Under the pieces are notes generated by a model, which saw only the letters and a program-made list of their open reading frames with translations, was not told the origin of the DNA and ran no database searches. From Trichoplax sp. H2 (taxonomy: Eukaryota): a DNA stretch of 64,000 nucleotides. Shown one piece after another: positions 15,057 through 29,000 of this stretch. The number at the start of each line of letters is the position of its first letter. Within the stretch, counting starts at the first letter, position 1. The position numbers and the translations under genes were made by a program. The DNA lies in the NCBI GenBank assembly GCA_003344405.1, contig NOWV01000229.1, positions 1 through 64,000 of the forward strand, read 5' to 3'.

Positions 15057-16631
15057 CCATATTGAGTAGCGTAGGGAATATTATAGGATAGGTTAAATAG
15101 AATTTTACTTGAATTGACTGCAAGAGGGATTCAATAAACATATTTGTCAATAGGCCTTCAAGAAATGTATTAAAAGCCGACTCTTTTAGAGACGAAGGGA
15201 GTCGATAGCCTTCGAGCTAGCTGTGTCTAGCTGCGTAATCTGAAGTTCTACTACTTTAGTGTTCAATAGTAAATTTTAAGTAATAAACTATTTTTAACCG
15301 CTATACTGAGGAATAATCATCGGGTAACCAGATATCGTAGGGCTAAAGGAAGTGCATATTACAGCTACACTAAAGTTATTCCGTAACAATAACTTAATTG
15401 GCTCAATTTAACAGATTTTTACATTTGGGATTCGGCATTAAAGGTGCAGAAGAAGATTAAAACATGTTAAGGATGGCATGTTTTGAAAAATTGCAACATT
15501 GAATAGAGTACTATTTCTAGTCATTATTAATTGTGCAGTTAATAAAATTACATTCGATCTAGCAATATCTTGTAGTACTTCGACCAAATAAATCTTAGAT
15601 ATTGTTGCCTTTCTAGTGCAATACTGAGCAATGAAGACTCTCAAGTAAATGCGGTATTATCTCTAGACAGTCAAATAGGCATTTACAACACATCGAATGA
15701 ACTCATATGGGTAATATATTGGTTCATGATTTCTATTCTTAGCAGTGTAGCCTCGTCATAACTTTCAGTTGTTAAAGCCTAGTAAAAATTAAAATTTCAT
15801 CCTACGAATTAATTATTGGTATGAACTTTCAGAATGATCTCATTAGACTTGTGATTTAAGTAATTGAACTAAAAAATCAATTTGACCCAATAACAATATT
15901 TTGCTTTGAGCGCAAATATGTGCTTTCAGGCCCATTATTATTAGGCTGTTTTAAATTAAATGCAAGAATCTTTCCATTAATCTCCGAGAATCCTAACCTA
16001 ACTTATTTGCTGTATTTTTATATGAACGAATTTCAAATATACTCGTATCAGTTTTAAAAATGAAATCTTCTAAATCTGATCCAATACTAAATATTTCAAT
16101 GCATTACTTAAAAGATGAAATGGCCCGTTACTCAACCACTTTTATAATTAGCGACGGTTTAGTAAAGAATTATCTTAAGCGAGAGTAAAATTTCCGAGTT
16201 CTTCATGATTTAGCCTGTGGTATTATACTGGTATTTCGTTCTGTCAGTTTCTACTAGCTTGAAATTTAGCAGCTTTAAATTCGTATTCCTAGCCAGTAAA
16301 GGATTATAAAGTGTAAATAATACTGTTGATATAAATAAGTATCTCCTTTGTAGCCGTTTTTTATTCAGTTGCGTTACTATCATAATAGGTATACTAATAA
16401 TCATTCGTAATAGCTTTCTCTCCAGTTGACGTAATACCCAGTTCACGACAAAAAGCACTATTTTTTAACTTATCATATAGTACGATGCTAAAAGATAACT
16501 ATAAATCAGATATTACTCCCATCTTTGAATCTATTCAAAGTTATAACTAGCCAATAATGATCATGAGTCAAGGTACGATAACATTAACTATTATTAAATT
16601 ATTAATAGCCCAAAAATTATCGAGGCTACTT

Positions 16632-16915
16632 TGTTATGACGAGCGTTCTAGGGCATGAAAGCCTGGCAGTTCTTAGGTACTCCGATAGTTATCACCGATA
16701 GTTGTTCACTACGAGACACTAAGCATTTCAACTTGGATAGCTTGGAATGATTTTTATTACTACAAGTTCAATTCATTCAAATACCTTCCAGTTAAATGAG
16801 TACTTAGCAACAACAGAACCTCAGCGTGTCTGGCAATTATAAATAACCTATCCTTAAGCTACAGTATGGACCTAGTTACCGTACTATAGTATAATTGCTA
16901 TACAAAATCATAGCA
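16632..16915. mobile_element. Solo-LTR-like element, 284 bp
   Basis: Near-perfect inverted termini TGTTATGA...TCATAGCA, flanked by a perfect 5-bp TSD TACTT (16627-16631 and 16916-16920). Confidence 0.7.
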
Positions 16916-17636
16916 TACTTTGTGATTGACTTTATCAAATGTAATTGTCTGTGTTAAGATACCTTTAAAAATATGATTCATTTGTAAGTACCAACCTGCT
17001 TCAAACATAACATTTAGGTGCATTATAGTATTACATGCTTAGCGAAATACTCTTCCAAAATGAAATTAATCAAAAACGATGTAAGCACAAAGTATTACTT
17101 ACGACAAGCATAAAATTGTTAATATTAGCTTGGGAATGAGAACAACATAGAATAAGTTTGCCTCTCGACATGCTCTTTTAGTCATCTTGCCAGCGATATG
17201 AATACCTCCTTCATGGTTAAAAGACCCAAATACTAATCGGTACGCCTCTAAAAATATAACTTAGAAGTCCGTGACTTTGCAAACTAGTTCATATCGCTAA
17301 CCGTACGCAGGTAGCTATCTGTATGAGTTCGAAAAATAAATAAATACCTATTACGGTACCATAATTACCGCGTCAAGAAAATAGAATTACAGTTATAATA
17401 ATAATTGATATATTGTTTTAAGACATTTTAATAATTGATGTTTTTCATTAAAGTATTGTATGAATGGTTATCTTGAGTTAAGCTTAATGTTGCTATAATT
17501 GATATTTCGCATTGAAGCATAGTACATTCACAACAGATATCTTATATTACAATAATTGATATTTTTGATATGTTAATGTGCAAATGTATTAGATTAACTA
17601 GTATTGTAACCTGTTTGTAAATTTTAGAAAGTATAA

Positions 17637-19625
17637 AAGTATATAGTAATTAGGCAATTAAGATAGAGAAAAGAGAAATAAATTTATTCTTTTCTACGCA
17701 TCTTTTATAATACGTTTTTTAAACTTTATTACGGTAAAACAATAGGAAATTGTCCACGAAGTATAATGGAGTTACTTAAGTAAGAGCGCCTTACATCACT
17801 AATAGTTAATACAGTACAGTAGCTATATAACATTGATAGAAGAGCAGTGAAAGTTTACAAAGAAAAATAAGATTTAGTTCTCANNNNNNNNNNNNNNNNN
17901 NNNTTAATAATACTTAAAGCTAAGTATTTGTAAGGTTGTTCGGTTTATACTTCTCTCCATTTTTGTTTTGAAATAAATTGTTGTTCGGTTATTTCCCCAA
18001 ATTTTATTTGGTGTCAAAGTATTAGCGTTAAGTCGACCGGAGTGCAACGAAAGTAGAATCAAAGTTTGTTAAAGTTTCGTAGCTTGATCTCTACATATTT
18101 CATTTCATTACAAGCATATAGTAATTAGGCAATTAAGATAGAGAAAAGAGAAATAAATTTATTCTTTTCTACGCATCTTTTATAATACGTTTTTTAAATT
18201 TTATTACGGTAAACCAATAGGAAATTGTCCACGAAGTATAATGGAGTTACTTAAGTAAGAGCACCTTACATCACTAATAGTTGATACAGTACAGTAGCTA
18301 TATAATATTGATAGAAGAGCAGTAAAAGTTTACAAAGAAAAATAAGATTTAGTTCTCATCCTAAGAGCGTTCTGAAATTAGGCTGTGTCACAACCGAGAT
18401 TGTAACACAAGAATTAAACGGGATTCTTTCCTCTAAAGTAGACTTAACTATCTAAGCAACTAACTCTAAGCACTCTTTAATCAACCAAACTTAGATTCGA
18501 GTCTTAGACGATAGATTACTCACGTTAAGGATCAAAACTTTATTCTAGAAGCTATTTTATTAAAATGTCCGATTGAACCCTACGGCATCTAGTCACACAA
18601 GGAATTGTCCGACTATGCGGCAGTTAAAAAAAGTTTATTACTTAAAAATATTACTGTTGAAATTTACAGTAGTAGAACTTATGTAATGAAGGTTAATATT
18701 TAGTATTCCCCTTCATAGAATATTTCTTTATTTAATAATGTATTATAAGATGATTTAAAATTTTAGTGTAGGACTTGCAAGTAATATCCAAATTAGTGTA
18801 GATGATAGTGGAAGGATTGTGTCAGACAGTATAATGTTATACCTATTGCAAGACTCACTTAAACGGCTTTTTAATTTATAAAGTAAAATATATTAAATAA
18901 ACTGGTGTTTTTCCCCTAATCTCTATCTTGGTTCAAAGTGTCACCAACCTTAGTGTATCTTAGCAAAATTAAGCTAAATTATTACACTTAGATGACGCAA
19001 CTACACACGCACAATTTGCTCAGGGCTACCGACCTACTCCTGCTCCAAGGAGTGGGCCGTTTATACATTTCTATATAAGCCTAATAGAGTGCCCCTAACA
19101 CCACTAATCTACTATCTTATTTACTCGGGGCTCTGCGTAATCTCGTTTTCCTACATAAGCATTGTNNNNNNNNNNNNNNNNNNNNCCACGAAGTATAATG
19201 GAGTTACTTAAGTAAGAGCGCCTTACATCACTAATAGTTAATACAGTACAGTAGCTATATAACATTGATAGAAGAGCAGTGAAAGTTTACAAAGAAAAAT
19301 AAGATTTAGTTCTCATCCCAAGAGCGTTCTGAAATTAAGCTGTAATATTGAACTATTCCCAATCCTACGGCATCTAGTCACACAAGGAATTGTCCGACTA
19401 TGCGGCGGTTAAAAAAAGTTTATTACTTAAAAATATTACTTTTAAAATTTACAGTAGTAGAACTTAGATGACGCAACTGCACACGCACAATTTGCTCAGG
19501 GCTACCGACCTACTCCTGCTCCAAGGAGTGGGCCTTTTATACATTTCTATATATGCCTAATAGAGTGCCCCTAACACCACTAATCTACTATCTTATTTAC
19601 TCGGGGCTCTGCGTAATCTCGTTTT
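17637..19625. repeat. Gap-flanking duplicated sequence, probably two uncollapsed haplotypes
   Basis: 17637-17883 is nearly identical to 18113-18358. 19166-19625 matches parts of 18229-19145. The copies are separated by 20-N gaps at 17884-17903 and 19146-19165. Confidence 0.8.
18682..18986 (+). mobile_element. Solo LTR, 305 bp, 4-bp TSD
   Basis: Termini TGTAAT...ATTACA, CTTA duplicated on both sides, TATA-like and AATAAA signals inside. The duplicate copy near 19463 has a single CTTA (empty site). Confidence 0.85.
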
Positions 19626-22600
19626 CCTACATAAGCATTGTCAAGATTTTTGATCTTATATTAAGCTATACATCAAAATTCCGATAAGATGGAAACATCT
19701 TTCTTAATGTTTGTTAGAGAAAAAAATATACTACGACTTAAAAGCCGATCATTCTGTAATGGTACACAATTTATTTCCTAGGACATATATGTATTATAGG
19801 TTTAGAATTCAGTATTTACAGTATTGAATGCCTTTTTGCAACGATCTCAAATAGATAGGATTACTTCCCGTCGAATTTACATTTTGCACCCTCCTATGTA
19901 CTATCAAACTACTAAGATCATAAAGTTTGATATTAATTTACCCGACTGTGAGTTTATTCAATACGTTTTAACTGCATATGTAAATATTTCATACACCTAC
20001 GTAGATATTAGCATGTACCGTACTTTATCTGCGATAAACCTGACTTAGAGCGATCTATTAAAGCTAATTTTAAAAAATGGTTTTATATATCCATCTTCCT
20101 ATATTATTAATTTTCATTGTATAATATTTGCACTCCGCATGGCTCTAGTATACCATGGTCATATCTACTCACTCTTTGACCTCTAGTTTTGTCACCTATA
20201 TATCCTCTATTGAAAAAAATATTGATTTTTCATCAGGATTTAATCCTTTCTAGATGATATACGAAATAATATTATGCAGAATTTTATTAGATAAGACGCA
20301 ATAAAGCCAACTCATCAAGATGATATAAATATGAATTTTAATCAAGACATTTACAGTTTGAGAAAGTAGATAGCTTGCCCTACATGACCTCGTTTATCTT
20401 TCGCAAGGCTTACTATACTGCACGTTATATCAATGAAGGCTAGAAATTGGCATTTATCATACGGACATCAATCTTAAGGTTCTTTAGTAGTACGGTATGT
20501 GTAAATATATTGTTGTTCATTTGTACCAGCTTTAAAAAAGCTTAATACATGAAAATGGATTGAAATCATAACATTTACGATATACTTAGACTCGCGCAAA
20601 TAATGGAAATGATTAACGTTTCTTTAAAAAGTGAATAACATTAGAAATATAATTATACTCTGTTTAATTTTTAGTTAGATTTTGGGTACTTTCAGAATGA
20701 TTGGCAGTATACTCAATTTTACTTCCTAGAAACTGTTATACATATAAAAACTTAAAACTTTTCATATATTGTTGTGGTCGAGTAGTCGAAAATATAGCTC
20801 TAGTATGAAAGCAACGCACCATATATAGCTTATAAAAGGTTTCCATAGCATCGCTAAATAGTCTTTTTTCAGTAATAGGTATTAACCATTATTAATGGCT
20901 TCAATTTTAAGATTTTACTTGATCCTAAATAAATTAACTTAGGCAAGTAAACACTTAAATTTTACATTTGCCATTTATTAAATTTCATATTAATCAGAAA
21001 CTATTAATAAGTATAAAATCTGAATCTTATAAGAATTATACTTAAGCAAACTACAATATTTGCTAGAAAATATCAAAATTGTAACGATAGAATTCAATTT
21101 AAAAGAATCAACTGGATCAACAGTTATTTTTAGTATTTTTCTTATAGTATATCAGGAAATTGAGATCTATTTAGCTTATCATATCTGTTAAGATGATCAG
21201 AATATCAACCTGCATTGTATGACGCACTATAATGGCAATCGTCTTCTCTAAAGAAAATAACATTCTGAATGGATTTCCGATAGATCATCTGACTGCATGA
21301 GGTGAAAGTCGAAAATTAGTTAGAAATGTAATTACTAATCATATCATTGAATGCAAAAAACGCTATTCTATATAATTAACTACTATGATTCTGCTTGCTA
21401 GCAATATAATGTAGAAGTACGGAATGTTAATAACGCATTAAAATGTAAAATGTGGCCTACATTACAATACTTCATAAATACTTAAAAGTGGTATCGTCTA
21501 AATACTTTACTAATTAACTTTCGTTAACGTGATAAGAAGCTCACGCTGCCAGTAATACCGTAATTATTGCTAATTTGCGTAAATATTTTATTATTTACAT
21601 GGTCATCAAGCTACTACCAGTTTCTCAGCCCCAATTAAAACTCTACTAAAACGGATGTTAAATAAATTTATCTGCCACGTACTAAAAACGAATCAATTTG
21701 AGACAGATGTTAAATACAAATGACACTTACCTTGGAATGAGAATGCAATACGACACATTATTCATTCCGAACTCGATTAAACTTGATTAATTAATTGATC
21801 GTTAAAAATAATCGTTAAGTATTTAATTAGATGACTGTAATTGATAATATAATTCTATTTCATATATTGTTTGAGGGCCTATCGTTCGTGAAGTAACAAT
21901 TTTATTCATAGTTAGTCAATTCTATTGTCTGAAGCCTTTAGTCCGATAAATGATAAAAATTTAGGAACCATTTTACTGGAATATAATGATAGTAGTAATT
22001 ATTTATGATAAACAACTCGCAACAGAAATGATTGCCGCTTATTGTCCTCAATGATCAATAGTGATTTAGTGACGACTTTGTTATCGTCAAGTATTTATTT
22101 TACAAGCATTGTAACAATTACCAATACTAAACTATATAATATTTCACAAGATGAAATGCTTTAATAATACCATTTGATTAAGACTACAGTAAGTGAATAT
22201 TTCCAGACAATCAATGAATTATCCTACCTTTTTTAGCTCACTTGCTTTATATTCTAGCAGTTGATACCAGTATTTATAATTCGAATGCGAATAATATCAA
22301 TCACAAGACTGATAAGAATCTAGAAGCCATGTCAAAGTTTTCCCTTTATTCAGTAAGTATGAAGTAAGCACTTATTATTTCAGAATTTTCTGAGTTATTA
22401 TATTTTCATTCTGGTTTTTGGAATTAAAATAAAATAAATCGGTTTGATTTTGCACTAATGCTCACTAATTATTAAAACATATGTCGTAGCATGTGAAAAT
22501 AATGATATTTTTAAAGTATTTATCGCTAAAACTTGATAACTGGGACATATTCGCGTTCACCAACTAAAACAAATATCTTTGTATTGATGACCTAAATTTA

Positions 22601-24080
22601 AAGAGAAGCTTTGGTAATAAGTTTCACTTTTATTAATTGAATATCGATAAAATTTTCAAAATTTGTTATACGGATGTAACTAATATGATGTAGAAATGTA
22701 CTCACGCCACCCTAGATCTGACAATTACCCATAGGCAAAACGGTTAAATACAATTTTTTTAATTTAACATTTTTGATAACACTAATAAAATCTCAGCACT
22801 TCTTTAATAGTATTATCTAAGCTGGATCGATGGCTTAAAGAAATTCACGTATTAAAATAGTTTTCTACAAGTTCTTCATTGCTTTATATTTACTGTTCGT
22901 ATGGGTAATAATTTGTATCACAGTCATTTACTATTTCCATTCTTGTACAATTAATTATCAATCTTTATCAAAATGATTTACTCTTGCTTTTGCTTGATAA
23001 TTAAAAATTTGCTTATTTCCATCAACCATCTCATCAGAAAGTCAATCTGCGCTTATTATGTTCGTTTTAGGGTTAAATTGTGTTAATTGATGTACGATCA
23101 TTTATAGTAGAATAGTTACGTAATAATATCTATAGATTCCGATGTAATTGAAAAACTTTGTTATGTATAACCATCGAAATGCGATATTACTTGTACAATG
23201 AAAATTGATTTTGTATTTATTTTGACAAAGTAAATAACCTTTGATATCATTCAGTAATGTTTATAGAATCTTTTATCTAAATTGCATCTTTTACGTAAGA
23301 ATACGAACTGACGTTAAATGCAAATTCTAATTTTAAAATTTAAATTAAATATTGCTATAGGATTTTATAATTATCATCGTAAATTTCATTTTTATTTCGT
23401 ACATTGAAAGCTTGCATTAACTCCTTTACTGTAGCTAATTTTATAATTTTACCCAAATATCCTAATGTAGTGACAGTACTTTAGTTGTATTAATTAATAT
23501 AATTGCAAAGGAGAAGCCGCGTCATTCTACTTCCTGTAGAAGAGCGTAATTAAAATACAGAAAGAGCAAAGTACAATAATTATGATAATTTAAAGATTTA
23601 TTTTTATTTTGTACTCGTTTTAGACTAGTATCATCTAGTTTTGAAATATTTACCTGGCTTTTCAGTTAACCTGCTGAAACTATTCCATACGAATATTATT
23701 CTAATAATCATGAATCTAATATTCCACATTAAGCAATCTATCATAAACTTATCAAAGAGGCAATAGAATCCTGCTGGGCTGCTCTTAATATGAATGAGAG
23801 AAGGCTTTGCATATTTGCAAAGGCGCTATAATGATGCTATAGTTGGAAACTACACCAGCAGTGTAATATGATAATTAATACTGTATAAAATTAGCGATTT
23901 GACGAATGGTCTATTAAATGTTTTTATTAGGCTTAAAGATTTACTTACTAAGTTACAAGGTATTTATTAACCAAACAGCTTTAATTCCCTGAATATATAT
24001 TATTGGCGATATTTAAACGTTGGTTATAGTCTATATTAATTGATTTTACAAGTTTCCNNNNNNNNNNNNNNNNNNNNACT

Positions 24081-24711
24081 TGTCACAAAACAGCTTTGCA
24101 ACAAGATAACGTAATATACGATCAATAAGTCAATTCCTTGAACCACGTATCAAGGAACGATATCTGCACTATCACAAACACTTTTGCTCTACTAGCAGAC
24201 TACACAAAGACTTAAACGCCTCGTATTTTACGTTAAACACTAAGTTGGACAATTCTCCTTTATTTCACGATATACTGCATTTATATACTATTCCTCAATA
24301 GTTCATGAGTCATAGTTAATACAATTAACATTAGAATCATTTACTGAATTAGATATTAATTTTAGCTACTGCTCCCTTAATGCAGACAACAGTATTTACG
24401 AACATAGACATATAATGACTAATACAGAATAGTCAGATTACGATATGTCCTATCACGGAACATTTCCATGATAATTTACAGTCTACCATAAGTAAATTGC
24501 AATCACAATGATTCGAACTGTAAGCAGATGATTTGCATTCCCTATTATAACTATTAGTTTCAGTATGTGTATAAGTGTCACTGTCATAAAAAGTCAGTGC
24601 TATATTAAAACACAGTATATCCAAATTAGAAGTTAACTAAATAAGGATAGTCTAATAGAATTATCCTAACATTGATATTTCTACTGTAATACAGTATATA
24701 ACACTGTAACA
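24081..24711 (-). mobile_element. Solo LTR, ~630 bp
   Basis: Reverse-complement homolog of 38835-39464, with TGT...ACA ends. ATACT follows the element and ACT precedes it next to the gap. The empty site ATACT is at 23878-23882 in the pre-gap copy of the flank. Confidence 0.85.
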
Positions 24712-25413
24712 ATACTGTATAAAATTAGCGATTTGACGAATGGTCTATTAAATGTTTTTATTAGGCTTAAAGATTTACTTACTAAGTTACAAGGTATTTA
24801 TTAACCAAACAGCTTTAATTCCCTGAATATATATTATTGGCGATATTTAAACGTTGGTTATAGTCTATATTAATTGATTTTACAAGTTTCCGTCTAATAT
24901 TGTTTGTGAACTATATAGGCATATAATGCATGATGAAAAGTGATGGAAATTGAATTATTCTTCATAATAGCGGTAAAAATATGCAACACTGCTGATATCT
25001 AAATGTAAAATTTAAACTCTCTATTAAAAGATACTTAATCTAGTAGCAAACTTTGAATATGAACAAAATATTTATAATCATCTAGTTTTCGGGGTATCTA
25101 CTACAACATAGTTTAGTTCTAGTAACTGATTCACAATAATAGTTGACTTGATATACCAAAGAAATTCTTTATGCATCCATATTCCACTTCGGTATAAATA
25201 TTGCTCTCTAGATGAGAAGTCTACCGGGAAACTTTGCTAACTGATATAATAATAAGACACATACTTGTACATTATTATTACTGGGATGGTCACGGAATCG
25301 TTATAACGACATTTGTTATTATATCTTATATAGCCAAGAACGAAGGAAAAGCGTGTAATGGAGATTAGATATTTAACTCAAGTTTATACACTAAAATATA
25401 TGACCTATACTAT

Positions 25414-25837
25414 TGTCACAAACCGGAATTGTTTGTGGCAAGGAAACGCAAGATAAAAGTCCTTAAGCAAACTTATGACTTAAACGCCCTTTCATTTTAC
25501 GTAAAGACGACTTACGAACTAGAGAACTACAACAATTAGAGCCTTTTGCGCAGCGCACTCGCTTTTATAAGGCTCGATGATAATCGAACATAACAATAAC
25601 AAATACAACTTCGATACCTCATTACACATGATTACGACTAAGAGATAGTATGAGATTATTCTATTAAGTCATAGTAATCATTATTACATATTACCGATAC
25701 TGTCAAACAATCCATTTAACATAACATATTCATATATCGACAATAATTAGTATACAACAACATCAAGTTATCATCAGTTCTACCATATTAGCTAAGATTA
25801 CGCAAATCTATTGAAATGGTGAGATAACACCATAACA
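25414..25837 (-). mobile_element. Solo-LTR-like element, 424 bp
   Basis: Runs TGTCACAAA...AACACCATAACA. It shares terminal and internal motifs (gacttaaacgcc) with the elements at 24081 and 56246. TSD ACTAT/AATAT has one mismatch. Confidence 0.7.
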
Positions 25838-26020
25838 AATATCTTTTAAGTTTTAAGACAAATTACACTTGTAACTGTATTCTTTTAAGTTAAATGATTA
25901 AATTGCTTCATAGATAGACCTGAGCTTAAACAACTCAGATAAGTCTATAATTTCGAATTCTTTGCTATTACATCACGTTATTAGTTGTACTAAAGTTTTA
26001 TCATATTTGCTCGTAAATAG

Positions 26021-29000
26021 AAACCCAGCATGTTATGGATTGCCCTCGGAAGCTTAGTCTATCTCTTTATGCTAAATTATGTTCAAATGATACAATCTCC
26101 CGGTAAGTTTGGTATAATTTCTTTAGTTCATCTACTCTTTTAAATATTTGTCACAAATACCCAAATACTACATACATAAATATCAACAGTTTTCAAGCGA
26201 TGCGTACGCATAAAAACTCCTCAGTAATATTTACATATACGCTTTAGTCATATTTAACAGTCTCATAGCCACAGTAAGAGATCTGTCAGCTAAGAAACAA
26301 TATTATACAATTTGAAATTTAAACTGCTAAAGCAGAAAGAAGTATCAGTAATAAAGCTGCGTTCGAAATCAAGCTATTATATCTTTGCCGTTAGTACAGC
26401 ATTTAATTAAGATTAAAATAAAGTTAGTGAACTTTCTTTATGAATAGTTCTTGTCGACCTATTTTATATCCGCAACGAACTTGTTAACATCCACCTATGA
26501 ATTTAGAATTCTAATAGGCTCAAACATCTTATCTAAATGCCTTCGACATAGGATTAAATGCTAGCCGTATTAAATTAATGACTACTATTAAGCTATTCGA
26601 GATTGATAAATATTTATATTTTCTTTACTTTTCAGGTGATCGATGGCTTAGCCATAATTATAAGCGCTATTTCATCAGTCAATCCCAAGCATCAATCTTT
26701 AATGCGGTCAACTACTGTAAAATTACTTATAATGGTACTTTATTGCAGATTAATTCTGCAAGTGAGATCGATATTCTTTATGATATGGTGCAGACTTTCA
26801 ATGAGAGCAGCGATAGTCCATTAATTGAGCTGTACTGGATTGATTCAGTGGATTTAAATAGCACGTTAATTCATCATGATCGGATTAATAGTAATTTTAC
26901 TTCTGAGAATTGGACCTTAAGGGACCAAAACAGTACGAGCAGTTCATCAATCTTGTGTACCTGGCTTTACTTAGGATATTCTAGTAACCAATTGCAATGG
27001 ATGAATTTTAGTTGCAATGACCATTTTCGTTTCATCTGTCAGCTAGGTAAAGAAAGGATAGAATAGCTTTTTTCAAAGATTCATTGTATGAATACGTAGC
27101 TTAACAACAACGTCTATCATATATTGTTTCAATTTAAAATTTATTTTGTATATGAAGGTTCTAAGTGGCTATCACCTTAATTTTAGTCAGATATAAATTC
27201 TGCCGTATATTTCGTAGTTGTTTTAGTGAACAGATAATACATGTAAACGTATATAGTTTATGCAGCAATACTTTATAGTATAAGCATACTATGCTGTTAA
27301 GCTAAGAATTTAAAATTTCCCTGATAGCGATTTCAAGTCTAATTATCCAGTGATGTCAGTTAAATTGATTCCTGACCAATCTCAAGTGCTAGTATCTCAA
27401 TATCTTTCCATAACTAACCTATAAATTCAATTCATGCCAAGACTTGAACACAACCACTCCAAATTCGATGATTTCACCGTATATTCTATCGGGATACGAA
27501 ATACAATTCAGTAAGTCTTTTCCAACATTAGCTTAGCTTTCTTTCAAGTAAAGCCCTATAGATATCCAAATTTGGTAACATGTTAAAATCTGACCAGAGC
27601 GCCATATTCATTCCATTCTTACTTATAGAGAATAGGTATTGCAAGGCACCATCGGTTTTATTTAACAGGACTTGCATTACTTCGTATTACGATAGTCTAA
27701 CTTTTAAATTATCCCGAAGTTTCTGTGAAGCACTTGGCAAACAACTAGTTCAGATTGAATCGCAAGATAAATTACTAGCTCTAAAACCAGCTATGCCCAA
27801 TCTTTCTGAAATGTGGATTGGTTTGGAAGCTGTTGGAAATAATATAACAGGTATTGGCGATTACGAGTGGCTATGGCCTGATACTTCAAGTTTCTCTCAA
27901 CAATTTAGCAACTGGGAAAAATTTAATCCGCTGATAACCGGAGATCCGCAATCCGGCAAATGTGTTACTATTAATAGTCAAACTCTACTATGGACTAACC
28001 GGCGCTGCTATTCATTTTATCCATTTCTATGTGAACAAAGTAAATAATCTATTTTACTGTAGCAAAAATTATGTATTAATTCTGAAAGTTATTTGCCTTG
28101 TTACTTGTCTATACGTTACGTTTTAATAAGCTACTTAACGACTTTGTACAATTTAACAGAGCTCAGATGTCCTATAGACTGGTTGCAAATTGGTGAAAGG
28201 TGTTATCTACCTTCATCAACGAGTTATAATTCATGGTCTAATGCATTCGCATACTGCATGGATTTGAATGCTAGTTTAGCCATTATCCATGATCAATCTG
28301 AATATGAATTTGTCAAGAGCATAGTTTTATCGACAGATAAATCGATGTGGATCGCTCTTAAATCGAACATGAGTGGACTACAGTGGATAAGTAAAGACCA
28401 ATATCAACTACATCAACATCCTAATACAAAGGATATTTGCATGGTAGCCAATGTAAGCAATGGTATCATTTACTGGCAGTTGCAAAAATGTCTAAACATT
28501 CATCATTTGTATCCACTTTGCATGCGAGGTAAATCAAAAATATTTATATAAAAAGTATAAACCTATTATTTTCCAACTGCATTAGATTCTAGATTGCATT
28601 TTCTGTAAAGCTCGATTTAAATTTTTGTTTCATATTGTCTGACAGGCGCAACATCACTAGACGGTACCAATATTATTTCGGTATGAATTCTGTCATCAAT
28701 TAGTACCTCAGCATTTTCGTCTAAACACAGCTAAAAATTCAAGTTTTATATTTTTTGATATGGTTAAATATTGTAAATCTTTGCAAAATTATATAGTAAT
28801 CAAGCTATTAAAATCTTACAGTATACTGTAGATCTAAAACTGTTCTTCATTACTACGATGCGATGCAATAAACAGTTTATGTTGACTTAATATGAGAGTG
28901 TATTTATGATACAGTGCAATTTTTCGAAAACTTGCAAAGAATTAGCTTTTCTTGGGTACTTCAGTCGGTAGTAGCACTGATCAAGATGATGCCTCACTAA

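Noticed and set aside
11000..25400. Short ORFs in the A-B intergenic region (15438, 16210, 19824, 24433)
   Set aside because: No recognisable domains or consistent splice partners. One lies inside a solo LTR, and ORFs of this size are expected by chance.
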